Shown piece after piece: positions 39,086-48,144 of a stretch of DNA of 64,000 nucleotides. The stretch's first letter is position 1. Every line of letters starts with the position of its first letter. Both the position numbers and the translations under genes were made by a program. The DNA is from Candidatus Hermodarchaeota archaeon (GTDB lineage Archaea; Asgardarchaeota; Lokiarchaeia; Sigyniarchaeales; SOKP01), in assembly GCA_048885925.1 (NCBI GenBank), contig JBHLLG010000004.1, positions 1 to 64,000 on the forward strand, given 5' to 3'. The notes under the pieces were generated by a model. That model made no database searches, was not told the DNA's origin, and saw nothing but the letters and a program-made list of their open reading frames with translations.

Positions 39086-40567
39086 CTAATTATATTTAAA
39101 TTTCTTGCTTTCTTGATATCCTGTTCCAATTATTTTACCAATTTTATAATAACGATTATCTAATGCGTAGATAATTGGATCTAATTTTGTCATATCTGCA
39201 ATTGTCTGGTCTTCTTCGCTTTTAATCACAAAATCTTTACTAACATAAGATTGTACAACATCTCCAATAAAAATCTGTCTATGCTGAATTGAGAATTCCT
39301 TGATAACTTTGCATTCTAAATTCACAGGGCATTCCCGAATCATGGGTGCTGTATTTAGGTCACCATAGAAAATTTTAAATAGTTGTGACTTATCCACCTC
39401 TTTTCCAGATACTACACCGCAATAATCAGTTTTTACCAGAAGCTGAGTTGTTGGAAAATTAATACTAAAGGTTCTTTGTTCGAGAATTCCTTGATTTGTA
39501 TAATGATCTTGACCTGATGAAATGTAAACAAGAGGAGGTTTAATACCCATTATTCCGACGTCTCCCAATGTCTCAAAATTAGGTTGATTATTAACAAGTG
39601 CTCCAGCAAGAATGATCGGGACAGGATAAACTAAAGGAACTTTTCCAAATTTAACTTTTTCAGCAGAGGATAATGTTTTTATGATGAAATTATCCATTTG
39701 ATTTATTAGCCAACTTTTCAAAGGATCTTGAATGGGAACCTTTTTAAGATCTTCTGGATCCTCATAACGAGCTGTAATCAATTTATTAACATTTTTAGCT
39801 CGATAAACAAATGGGCAATTGTAATATAGATTTAATGGATAATTGTAATCAAAAGGGAGTTCATAAAGTTCAATTCTTTCCATGGTCGAGAGAATCACAC
39901 CTGATAAGATTGCTTGATGGATGAAAATAGCATAAATGTAGTTCTTATTGTAATAATCGTTAAAACATTGTTCATTATATAATTCTCTATAAGAATTCCA
40001 CCATGATTGAAGTAGTCCTTTCTCTGGTCTAACAATCAAACAACCCGCATTAAAATAAGGTCGAATCTTGTTATGGTCAACATGTGTTTTCATTGGAAAA
40101 ATCTGTTCTTTAGAGATATTACATTTTTGATACACTTGTTCCCAAAATGGATCCATTGGTTCATCATAGAATGACCCAATATTGACGTGATGAACTGGTC
40201 GATAACCTAAATTCTTATCATCATCTAAAATGAAGTGTTTTGGCTCATTAAAAATAATTGTATTTGAACCAAGCCATGCAAGAAGTCTTGCTTTTTTTTT
40301 TGCTAATGATTCAGCCTTTGCAGCAGCAAAAACATAGTTAATAAAGGGAAATTTTGGCTCATCCTCAGTTGCAAAAGGAATAAGATCAACATTCAGTGAT
40401 AAAAATAAATTTTTTAGCTCTTTATTGATATTCTCTTCCAATTCTGGGATTAACACCCAAATTGGATAATCTGATAAAGATTCTCCAAATTTACGAATAC
40501 TTGCTGCAAGGATTAGATCTTTTGGGTCTGAACAATCAGAGATATAAGCAAAAATTAATTTTTCCAT
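39086..40567 (-). CDS. fusion of a glycosyltransferase-like (GT8-like) N-terminal domain and a flavin reductase/flavoredoxin C-terminal domain
   Basis: N-terminal LAASIR.FG, YFNAG, HQA.LS, YNYP; C-terminal VYPVP, HYTN.GI, FSINFP, DYCGVVSG, APMIRECPVNLEC. Confidence 0.65.
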   Translation of the reverse strand: MEKLIFAYISDCSDPKDLILAASIRKFGESLSDYPIWVLIPELEENINKELKNLFLSLNVDLIPFATEDEPKFPFINYVFAAAKAESLAKKKARLLAWLGSNTIIFNEPKHFILDDDKNLGYRPVHHVNIGSFYDEPMDPFWEQVYQKCNISKEQIFPMKTHVDHNKIRPYFNAGCLIVRPEKGLLQSWWNSYRELYNEQCFNDYYNKNYIYAIFIHQAILSGVILSTMERIELYELPFDYNYPLNLYYNCPFVYRAKNVNKLITARYEDPEDLKKVPIQDPLKSWLINQMDNFIIKTLSSAEKVKFGKVPLVYPVPIILAGALVNNQPNFETLGDVGIMGIKPPLVYISSGQDHYTNQGILEQRTFSINFPTTQLLVKTDYCGVVSGKEVDKSQLFKIFYGDLNTAPMIRECPVNLECKVIKEFSIQHRQIFIGDVVQSYVSKDFVIKSEEDQTIADMTKLDPIIYALDNRYYKIGKIIGTGYQESKKFKYN

Positions 40568-40699
40568 TTAAAAACCAAGCTCATATTATTTCATTTTAAA
40601 ATGAATATTAAAACACTAATTAGTAATTAAATTATTCTGATGAATTAAATTCATTAATGAATATCATAAAAAAAGAAAATAATGAACTTATTCTTCTAG

Positions 40700-40807
40700 T
40701 TAAATCTTTTTAATCTTATCAATTAAAGCTGGAATGGGTTCTTGTAGATCTCCAAATATCCCATAATAAGCCCAATTAAAGATAGATATTTTTAGATTAT
40801 TTATCCG
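40700..40807 (-). pseudogene. remnant of the C-terminus of an electron transfer flavoprotein alpha subunit
   Basis: RINNLKISIFNWAYYGIFGDLQEPIPALIDKIKKI* resembles the EtfA end AINKD..APIF..ADYGIVGDL.E.VP.L; no upstream ORF. Confidence 0.6.
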
Positions 40808-40946
40808 AGATATAGATTACCAATTATAGAAGATTTGAATCTCTTGAAATTCATTTTTTATATAATATGTATTTTAAATTCATTTCAATTTCTATTTGAA
40901 CATGTTCGAAATTAAAAATATATAATGACTGCCTTTTCATTTAATC

Positions 40947-41732
40947 ATGACTGAAGCAAAACAATATAAAATAGTAAAAAGAAAAATAATTAAGATCGAT
41001 GAAGATCTGTGTACAGGATGCGGAAATTGTGTAGTTGATTGTGCAGAAGGAGCTTTAAAAGTAATTGATGGAAAAGCTAGGGTTATAAATGAAATATTCT
41101 GCGATGGTCTTGGTGCATGCATTTCTGGGTGTCCTGAGGGTGCACTTGAAATAATCGAAAGAGAGGCTTTAGAGTTTGATGAGGAAGCTGTGGAAAAACA
41201 TTTAGAATCCATGAAAGATAACAAATCTGCTGAAACTGAACAAATAAAGCAAATTGTTTCTGAACATGCCCACCAATGTGGTTGTCCTTCTGCTCAAACA
41301 ATGGTTTTTGACGAACCTGAGGTACAATCTGAAGTTGCAGGAAAGATACCTTCAGCTCTACGACAGTGGCCTGTTCAAATGCACTTAATCAATCCACGAG
41401 CTCCATATTATCAAGGTGCAGATGTTCTTCTTTCAGCTGACTGTGTAGGATTTTCATATGGAGATTTTCATAGAGACTTCTTGAAGCATAAATCCATTGC
41501 TATTGCATGTCCTAAGCTTGATCAAGGAAAAGAAGTCTACATTGAAAAAATTAAATCTTTAATAGATGATGCTAAAATTAACACACTTACAGTTACCATT
41601 ATGGAAGTGCCCTGCTGTGGAGGACTATTAGCCTTAGCTCAAGAAGGCGCTAAGAGAGCAACCCGAAAAGTTCCTATAAAATATATGGTTGTAGGGATTC
41701 AAGGAAATATAATAAAAGAAGAATGGATCTAA
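40947..41732 (+). CDS. 4Fe-4S ferredoxin-domain iron-sulfur protein
   Basis: CTGCGNCVVDC, CDGLGACISGCP, GCP, WPVQ, ADC, ACPKLD, MEVPCCGG. Confidence 0.85.
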   Translation: MTEAKQYKIVKRKIIKIDEDLCTGCGNCVVDCAEGALKVIDGKARVINEIFCDGLGACISGCPEGALEIIEREALEFDEEAVEKHLESMKDNKSAETEQIKQIVSEHAHQCGCPSAQTMVFDEPEVQSEVAGKIPSALRQWPVQMHLINPRAPYYQGADVLLSADCVGFSYGDFHRDFLKHKSIAIACPKLDQGKEVYIEKIKSLIDDAKINTLTVTIMEVPCCGGLLALAQEGAKRATRKVPIKYMVVGIQGNIIKEEWI

Positions 41733-41749
41733 TTTTTTTTTAATAATTT

Positions 41750-42403
41750 TTATTTTTTAAGCAAAACTTTTTTCTTAATGATTTTTCTTAACATTACTGA
41801 TAAAGCTGCCTTAGATTTCCCTATTTGGTTAGCTAATTCTTCTAATGAAATCTTTCGAGGAACTTCGAAAAATCCTGAAGTGATGGCTTTATCGAGAATA
41901 CTCAATTCATCATAAGTCAATTTGTTTTTATCATTTTCAAGGATGTATGGGGAAACACCAATCCTTAATAATTCAAAATCAATTCTTTTTTGTTCAAAAA
42001 GAGTTAATAGCTGATCTATCCGTTCTCTACTTGCTATCAACCTCCAATAAGCAAATCCCTCTTCAACTCTTACGGGAAAGTCTACAAGAACACCACACTT
42101 TATTATGGCATACAACAAATAAGGATCCTTTGTTTTAACATTGAATTTAACTCGACTTTCTTCCTTTTCTATGATATTCAGTTCAAAAACTGAGGGATGA
42201 TTTCTAACTTGTTCAAGAATAGAATCAATATTATAATGCAGAATTTCAATTACACTGTTACCAATAGATTTTTCAAGATCATAAGGAAGAAAATGTGAAA
42301 TCTCCATCTTGATATCAGGAAAATTTTTGAAAATTTCAGAAATCCATATTTGTTCTGGAAACTTAATCTTTATTCTTGCTAAGCTTGGTTTTTCCGTAGC
42401 CAT
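41750..42403 (-). CDS. Bat-like (HTH_10) transcriptional regulator
   Basis: C-terminal LT..E..IL..A...GFFEVPRKISLEELA..G.SKA.LS..LR. Confidence 0.85.
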   Translation of the reverse strand: MATEKPSLARIKIKFPEQIWISEIFKNFPDIKMEISHFLPYDLEKSIGNSVIEILHYNIDSILEQVRNHPSVFELNIIEKEESRVKFNVKTKDPYLLYAIIKCGVLVDFPVRVEEGFAYWRLIASRERIDQLLTLFEQKRIDFELLRIGVSPYILENDKNKLTYDELSILDKAITSGFFEVPRKISLEELANQIGKSKAALSVMLRKIIKKKVLLKK

Positions 42404-42489
42404 CTTGAAATATTAATGTTTAAGATTTTAAAACTTTATTTTTATACATAATGATTAATTATTAATAAAAACAATTTAAATGCATTATT

Positions 42490-43089
42490 ATGGTAGAAAA
42501 GAAGAATTTATTACTTGGAATATCTGGTAGCCCAAGAAAACAGGGGACTGAATATGCTATCCAATATGCTTTAAATTATGCTGCTGAAAAGTTTGGATTT
42601 GAAACGGAATTTTGGACTGTCAGAAATAAGGATATTAAGTTTTGTCTACATTGTGATTATTGCATTCGAGAAAAAAAGGGGTGTGTAAATAAAGATGATA
42701 TGGAGGAACTCTATACTAAATTAGAACAAGCTAATTTTTTTCTGTTTGGAACTCCTGTTTTCCAAGGAAACTTATCAGGACAAATTAAAACCGTTTTAGA
42801 TCGATGTCGTGCAATGGTCGCTAAAACTCCCAACGTATTCAAGAATAAAATTGGAGCAGCACTAGCTGTTGGGGGAGATCGAAGTGGAGGACAAGAAATT
42901 GCAATTAGAGGTATTTTAGATTTTTTTCAACAAAATCATATAATAAGTGCTTCTGGTGGTGCTTTTGGGGCTAATTTAGGTGCTAGTCTGTGGAGTAGAG
43001 ATATGGGAAAAGAAGGGATTGAAAAAGATGAAGAAGGTTTACGCACCATCCGAAAGGTAATAAAAAGATTAGTAGAATTTAAAAAATAA
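42490..43089 (+). CDS. iron-sulfur flavoprotein (flavodoxin / NADPH-dependent FMN reductase family)
   Basis: GSPRKQGT, CLHCDYC.....C, GTPVF, DR, GGDRSGGQE. Confidence 0.85.
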   Translation: MVEKKNLLLGISGSPRKQGTEYAIQYALNYAAEKFGFETEFWTVRNKDIKFCLHCDYCIREKKGCVNKDDMEELYTKLEQANFFLFGTPVFQGNLSGQIKTVLDRCRAMVAKTPNVFKNKIGAALAVGGDRSGGQEIAIRGILDFFQQNHIISASGGAFGANLGASLWSRDMGKEGIEKDEEGLRTIRKVIKRLVEFKK

Positions 43090-43139
43090 TATTGAATTTT
43101 CCTAATTTATATTTAAATTAGAATTTTTGTATTCAAATA

Positions 43140-43610
43140 ATGGAGAATGTGAAAGAAAAACAAAAAAAAAAGAAGTATCAGATAAAGATTCTTTTGTTAA
43201 TAGAATCAATTTTATTGATTATAGGGATATCATTTACAATGATCTCTAATATCTTGGACAATGAGTCAATTTTTCATAAATTATGTGGAGTTACATCCGG
43301 ATTAATTCTTTTTATATTTATAACCACTTGTGTTTTTTATATAGACATTAGATCACCAGAAGAAGTGAAAGTACCAATTGATAAGAAGAAAAATTTAACA
43401 AAAAATATTATTGTTGCAACTCTAGTCTTTAGCGGATTTGGACTAATGATAATAACAGTATATTTAAATATTTTTATCGAAGATCATCCAACTATTGCTC
43501 AATTTTGTTCTTATGGAGGGGAACTGGGTTTTATTATTATGATTTCTGGATATGTTTTAGCGATAATTCTTTTTATAGAAAAACCAAAAAAAGAAAAACC
43601 AAAAGAATAA
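43140..43610 (+). CDS. hypothetical 4-TM membrane protein
   Basis: Four hydrophobic helices in two similar pairs. Confidence 0.55.
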   Translation: MENVKEKQKKKKYQIKILLLIESILLIIGISFTMISNILDNESIFHKLCGVTSGLILFIFITTCVFYIDIRSPEEVKVPIDKKKNLTKNIIVATLVFSGFGLMIITVYLNIFIEDHPTIAQFCSYGGELGFIIMISGYVLAIILFIEKPKKEKPKE

Positions 43611-43651
43611 ATAAAGAATTAGATAAAAAATTTCAATGTATTTAAAAAAAT

Positions 43652-43945
43652 CTATTTCACTCCGAATAATTTTTTTGCTTCTTTTTCTCTAAGACCAGAA
43701 ACACCCCAGAGTTCTTTAAACCAATATTTTCCTTTATGTATTACCACTGGTGTGTTCACAATACATCCATCAACATCACAGAAGGTTTTTAGAAAGTTGT
43801 CATCATGTAATAGCTCATGTACAAATTCCTCATCATTTATGTCTCGTTCAATATATCTAACTTCATTCTTATTTAACCAGTCCTTTAGATCATGACAAAG
43901 GTGACAGTCCTCTTTTGTTATTACGATAGGTGTTTTAGCTTCCAT
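43652..43945 (-). CDS. glutaredoxin-like protein
   Basis: CHLC motif, cis-Pro TP, extra CDVDGC. Confidence 0.75.
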   Translation of the reverse strand: MEAKTPIVITKEDCHLCHDLKDWLNKNEVRYIERDINDEEFVHELLHDDNFLKTFCDVDGCIVNTPVVIHKGKYWFKELWGVSGLREKEAKKLFGVK

Positions 43946-44158
43946 ATTAAAAAGATAACTAAAAATAATAAAAAAGCTTTTTCTTCTGAATTATAAATTG
44001 TATAAGGTAAAATTGATTAGTTAAAAAATTTTAAAATAAATCTTATTGAAATTAAAAATAAACCATGAATTTTTACTTTTTTTTTACTTCATTTTCGAAT
44101 AAATTTAATAAATTATTATAATTAGATTCTTATTTCTTATTCTTATTTTTATCTTAAG

Positions 44159-44608
44159 ATGGATCAAAAAACTCGGAATGAAGTATTTAATAGTCATATA
44201 AAAATACTATTTCATAGTACTGATTGGAAAGAAAGAGCATTCGCAGCGCAAAATCTTGGTCAATTAGGAGAAGCTAGGGCGACTAATATGTTAACAAGAG
44301 CTTTAAAGTCTGAAAAAGATGCTGGTGTCATTAATCAAATTATTAAAGCGATGGGTGAGATTGGTGATTCAAAAGCTACTATGATAATAATAGATTATTT
44401 GAAAAAAGAATTGGAAAAACCCGAAAAAGAACAAGATAAAACGAGGCTATTTATTATCTTAGAGAGTCTTATGAAAATTGGAGATAAGCGAGCGCTTGAA
44501 CATTTAGGAATACTATTAGATTCTTGTCATAGTGATATTAGAAAACTCACAGAAGAGGCTTTTGATTGTATCGATCCAAAATGGAAACTTAATATTAAAT
44601 CCATTTAA
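44159..44608 (+). CDS. HEAT/PBS-lyase repeat protein
   Basis: Repeats R..AA..LG.LG..RA, AMGEIGD.KA, SL.KIGDKRA. Confidence 0.8.
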   Translation: MDQKTRNEVFNSHIKILFHSTDWKERAFAAQNLGQLGEARATNMLTRALKSEKDAGVINQIIKAMGEIGDSKATMIIIDYLKKELEKPEKEQDKTRLFIILESLMKIGDKRALEHLGILLDSCHSDIRKLTEEAFDCIDPKWKLNIKSI

Positions 44609-44646
44609 TTCAAAAATTTTTTAAAAAATGAGGAGAAAATAAAAGT

Positions 44647-44958
44647 ATGTCTGAAATTATTAATAAATTAGCACAAACCGTTGATGGTTCCAAGAAAAGT
44701 AGAGATATTACTATTTTAACATTATCTACTTGTATGTGGTGTAAGAAATGCAAGGCGTGGTTAAATGAGCGTGATGTTAAATATAGATATGTTGATGTTG
44801 ATAAAATAAATTTTGATGATAAATCAAAAATAATGGATTACTTAATAAATAAATACAATTCTCGTGTGTCTTATCCATTTATGATCTGTGATGGTGAGAT
44901 TGTAGTAGGCTATAATCCAAATAAATACGAAGAATTATTAAAAGCTGGAGGAAATTAA
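44647..44958 (+). CDS. glutaredoxin / NrdH-like protein
   Basis: LSTCMWC, SYP, IVVGY. Confidence 0.85.
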   Translation: MSEIINKLAQTVDGSKKSRDITILTLSTCMWCKKCKAWLNERDVKYRYVDVDKINFDDKSKIMDYLINKYNSRVSYPFMICDGEIVVGYNPNKYEELLKAGGN

Positions 44959-44959
44959 G

Positions 44960-45325
44960 ATGGATATGAAAACTAAGGAAGGAATGAAAGAGTATTGTAA
45001 TAAGGTATGTAAAACCAATAATTGGATATTAAATAAAGATCAAGAAACACTCAATAATTTAATCGATGGTTTAGTAGATAATAAGAACAATATTGGTTAC
45101 CAATCCTGTCCTTGTCGTCTTGCCTCAGGTAATCGAGATTTAGACAGGGATTTAATATGTCCTTGTGATTATGCTCCATTAGATATAAAGGAATATGGCG
45201 CATGCTACTGCAATTTATATCTGCGTTCAGATTTCTATGATACAATAGGAAAAAAGTATATCGTTGTTCCTGAAAGAAGACCTTTAGAGAAAGAAAAAGC
45301 TGTTTTAAATTATTTTAAAAAATAA
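44960..45325 (+). CDS. ferredoxin-thioredoxin reductase catalytic subunit-like protein
   Basis: CPCR...CPC...CYC motif, VPERRP; starts 1 nt after the Grx stop. Confidence 0.9.
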   Translation: MDMKTKEGMKEYCNKVCKTNNWILNKDQETLNNLIDGLVDNKNNIGYQSCPCRLASGNRDLDRDLICPCDYAPLDIKEYGACYCNLYLRSDFYDTIGKKYIVVPERRPLEKEKAVLNYFKK

Positions 45326-45434
45326 ATCTCAATAATATTTCCCTTTTTTTCGGTTAATGTGATATAACTAATTTTAAATTCACTTTTTTTCTATAAATAA
45401 AATCCTTAAATATTACATTTTCTCTTTGTTAATT

Positions 45435-45593
45435 ATGCCAGATAAAGAAATTACTGATGATGAATTAGAAAAGGAACTCGATAAAGCATTTAAAGAAAGC
45501 GAAAGATTAAGAGATCATTGTGGAACCCCTTTACCAAGTAATAAAGAGGTGGGTGTTCAAAGAACAGATGTAAAATTGAAAAAGGATAAGTAA
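45435..45593 (+). CDS. small hypothetical protein (52 aa)
   Basis: Manual translation: MPDKEITDDELEKELDKAFKESERLRDHCGTPLPSNKEVGVQRTDVKLKKDK. Confidence 0.5.
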   Translation: MPDKEITDDELEKELDKAFKESERLRDHCGTPLPSNKEVGVQRTDVKLKKDK

Positions 45594-45686
45594 ATATTAA
45601 TATAATTTAATTTTTGTTTATTTTTTTATCTTGTCTATCTTGATTCGACATTTGAATTTTAAAAAAAAGAATTTAATAAAAAAGCT

Positions 45687-46736
45687 TCAATCTATCTTTT
45701 CAACAATTTTTAATTTAGTAATAGCACCAATCTCATTAAATTCACTAGGACTTAGTTCAATATTTTTTCCTGTTAAAGTATTTGCTATTGTAGCTGCTAA
45801 TATTCCCCATGGACATATAGAGTTAATTAATTCTTCAGGTTTCATATAAGATCTAACAACTGATGTAGAACAGTTTATTGATTCGACAGTAAATTCATGT
45901 TCAGAGATCCATTTTATTTTTAATTTCTCAGCCATACCGATTTTTTCAAATTTAGTCATTGCGATTTCCATAGCTTCATTTAAATTATGGCTTTTTAATT
46001 CCTCTAGATTTAATCCAATTTTTTCAGCATATCTTTCCAAAAATTCATAAGTTTTTGGAAAAACATATTTATATAGTACTGGAGTTCCAACTAACTCCTT
46101 AGCACTCCCTTCATAGCCAAATGTAATTCCGTGCAAAATCATAGAAACACCATGTAAATTTCTCATTTTTTCAGGTCTTCCAAATATTGTTCTTCTAAAT
46201 AAAGATATAAGGAATAGACAAGTTCCGCCTAAAAATGGAATGAGAGCTGTCCATAGAAATGAATCAGGGACTAAGCCTAATGTAATTGGATAGATATAAA
46301 TTTTTGCATCATAATAATTATAAATACTTGTCCAATAGGACATACTCCATCCAATTACACCTAATGGTCCAATAATATGCCCATATTTGTAGATCTCATC
46401 TTTTTTAAATTTAGCGATAATTATTTTTATGGTAATTAATACTAACGCACCAAAACCCCCGATCCAAGTGTGTGCCCATAGTCCAGAAGGTGTAAATAAA
46501 TATGGATTATTAGATTTTATATAAGAATCTAACATAATTAAACATAATATCATTGCTACGTAAAAGATAATAATTTCGATTCGCCCATACCATTTATGAA
46601 ATTTTATTAAGGGAATATCTCCCTTCATATTGTTTAAATCTCTGATATTCGAGAGTCCAATTAAAGAATTTGCAATAACAAAACAATAGCCTATTAATGA
46701 CATGAAAACCATAAATTCTATTAAAACTTCTGACAT
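45687..46736 (-). CDS. multi-TM membrane protein with a C-terminal V4R-like domain
   Basis: Five TM segments with His residues (FHKW, WAHTW, YGHI); soluble tail with ...NCS...SICPWG. Confidence 0.55.
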   Translation of the reverse strand: MSEVLIEFMVFMSLIGYCFVIANSLIGLSNIRDLNNMKGDIPLIKFHKWYGRIEIIIFYVAMILCLIMLDSYIKSNNPYLFTPSGLWAHTWIGGFGALVLITIKIIIAKFKKDEIYKYGHIIGPLGVIGWSMSYWTSIYNYYDAKIYIYPITLGLVPDSFLWTALIPFLGGTCLFLISLFRRTIFGRPEKMRNLHGVSMILHGITFGYEGSAKELVGTPVLYKYVFPKTYEFLERYAEKIGLNLEELKSHNLNEAMEIAMTKFEKIGMAEKLKIKWISEHEFTVESINCSTSVVRSYMKPEELINSICPWGILAATIANTLTGKNIELSPSEFNEIGAITKLKIVEKID

Positions 46737-46869
46737 TTTCCATCTCTCAAGTACATTTTAGATTTTTTAAAATTTAATCAAATAATTTTTAATTAATAAC
46801 TATGTTTTACGACAATATTAAGGTTATATCTATAATTTATGTAGTTAAAATAAAAATCAAGAGAATGTT

Positions 46870-47973
46870 CTAAAACTGTTTAAAAATAGAAAAACATAAG
46901 TTTTGAATTACTTCAAAATTGTTATAATCTTCAACATTTCCTATCAATATCAACGCATAATTATTTAAGTTCAAACAAATCGTAGTAATCCTTTCTCCTC
47001 CTATAGAAGCATTATATAATGTTCTATTATATATTTCTTCACTAGTTTTTTTTGAGGCGGTTAAAAAACTGATAGTTTCAGGAATAAAATTAGAACAATC
47101 ATATGTAGAATCAAAAATTCTAGAAAATAATATTTTCCCTAATAAATCAACTAAAAAAACTTGCTTAATTTTAGTATCCCATTTAACACTCTCGAATTTT
47201 TCTTCTAATTTCTTTGGTTTTTTAATGTATTTTTCCTTAGCTCTAAAAAAATCCAAAGATAAATATTGATTTTCATAATTTTCTAACAATTGATATTGTC
47301 TAATGATTAAAATTGCATCTCGTTTCTCAACAAGTAGATTCTCATTTCGAACAGTATTAAGTAAGATCCATTTTAACTTCTCATTTAGATTATTATAATA
47401 TAATAAGTTTGCAGAATTTATAATAAGAGGAATAAGAAAACTTAATCTATCTTTATTAATATATTGTTTAGCATATATATAGTAAATGATTCCACTTTTA
47501 TGTTCAAGAAAAATAATTGATTTTAAAATTCCAAGTTTTTGGATCTTTTTTATAGAGTCTTCTAAAACATCAATTCCATGTGAGTATAAAATATCTTCTA
47601 CATTTTTATCAAATTTTTGAAATTCAGAAATTTCACCATCAAATTCTCGATTTAGTATTGAACTAAATTCTATTGTAAAATCATCCATAATTTTATGGAT
47701 TAAAGAATGTAATAGTTCAATAAATTCTTCATTTTTAGTTGTTACTACAAAGGTCAGTTTTTGGTGATATTTTTCAAATTTCTCAAAAATTATTTGAGTT
47801 TCTTTTAATTTTAAAGATTTGATATCTTCTCCTCTTTCAAAGACTGCAAATGTATTTATTGCGGTTAAAAAACCGCTAAATAAATCATCATCAGTAGAAG
47901 TTCCTTTTCCTGAAGGATGCCAATTATATAATAATGTTCCCGCTTCATTGAAAATTAATAAATCTTCAATCAT
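46870..47973 (-). CDS. multi-domain longin/roadblock-like protein
   Basis: N-terminal LLIFNEAGTLLY...DLFSGFLTAINTFA...IKSLKL longin pattern, followed by two similar beta-G-helix modules. Confidence 0.6.
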   Translation of the reverse strand: MIEDLLIFNEAGTLLYNWHPSGKGTSTDDDLFSGFLTAINTFAVFERGEDIKSLKLKETQIIFEKFEKYHQKLTFVVTTKNEEFIELLHSLIHKIMDDFTIEFSSILNREFDGEISEFQKFDKNVEDILYSHGIDVLEDSIKKIQKLGILKSIIFLEHKSGIIYYIYAKQYINKDRLSFLIPLIINSANLLYYNNLNEKLKWILLNTVRNENLLVEKRDAILIIRQYQLLENYENQYLSLDFFRAKEKYIKKPKKLEEKFESVKWDTKIKQVFLVDLLGKILFSRIFDSTYDCSNFIPETISFLTASKKTSEEIYNRTLYNASIGGERITTICLNLNNYALILIGNVEDYNNFEVIQNLCFSIFKQF

Positions 47974-48144
47974 TTCATTTGGTATATATGATTTTTCTAT
48001 TAAAAATTATCCTTAATTTTGGATAAAATTTTAATTTAATAATTAATAACAATGATCTTTTTAAATCAATAATTAAAGCTTTTCTTAATAAACTTTTAAG
48101 TTTTAAAAATAAGTATTCTAAGGATTAATAATTGTTAATTAATT

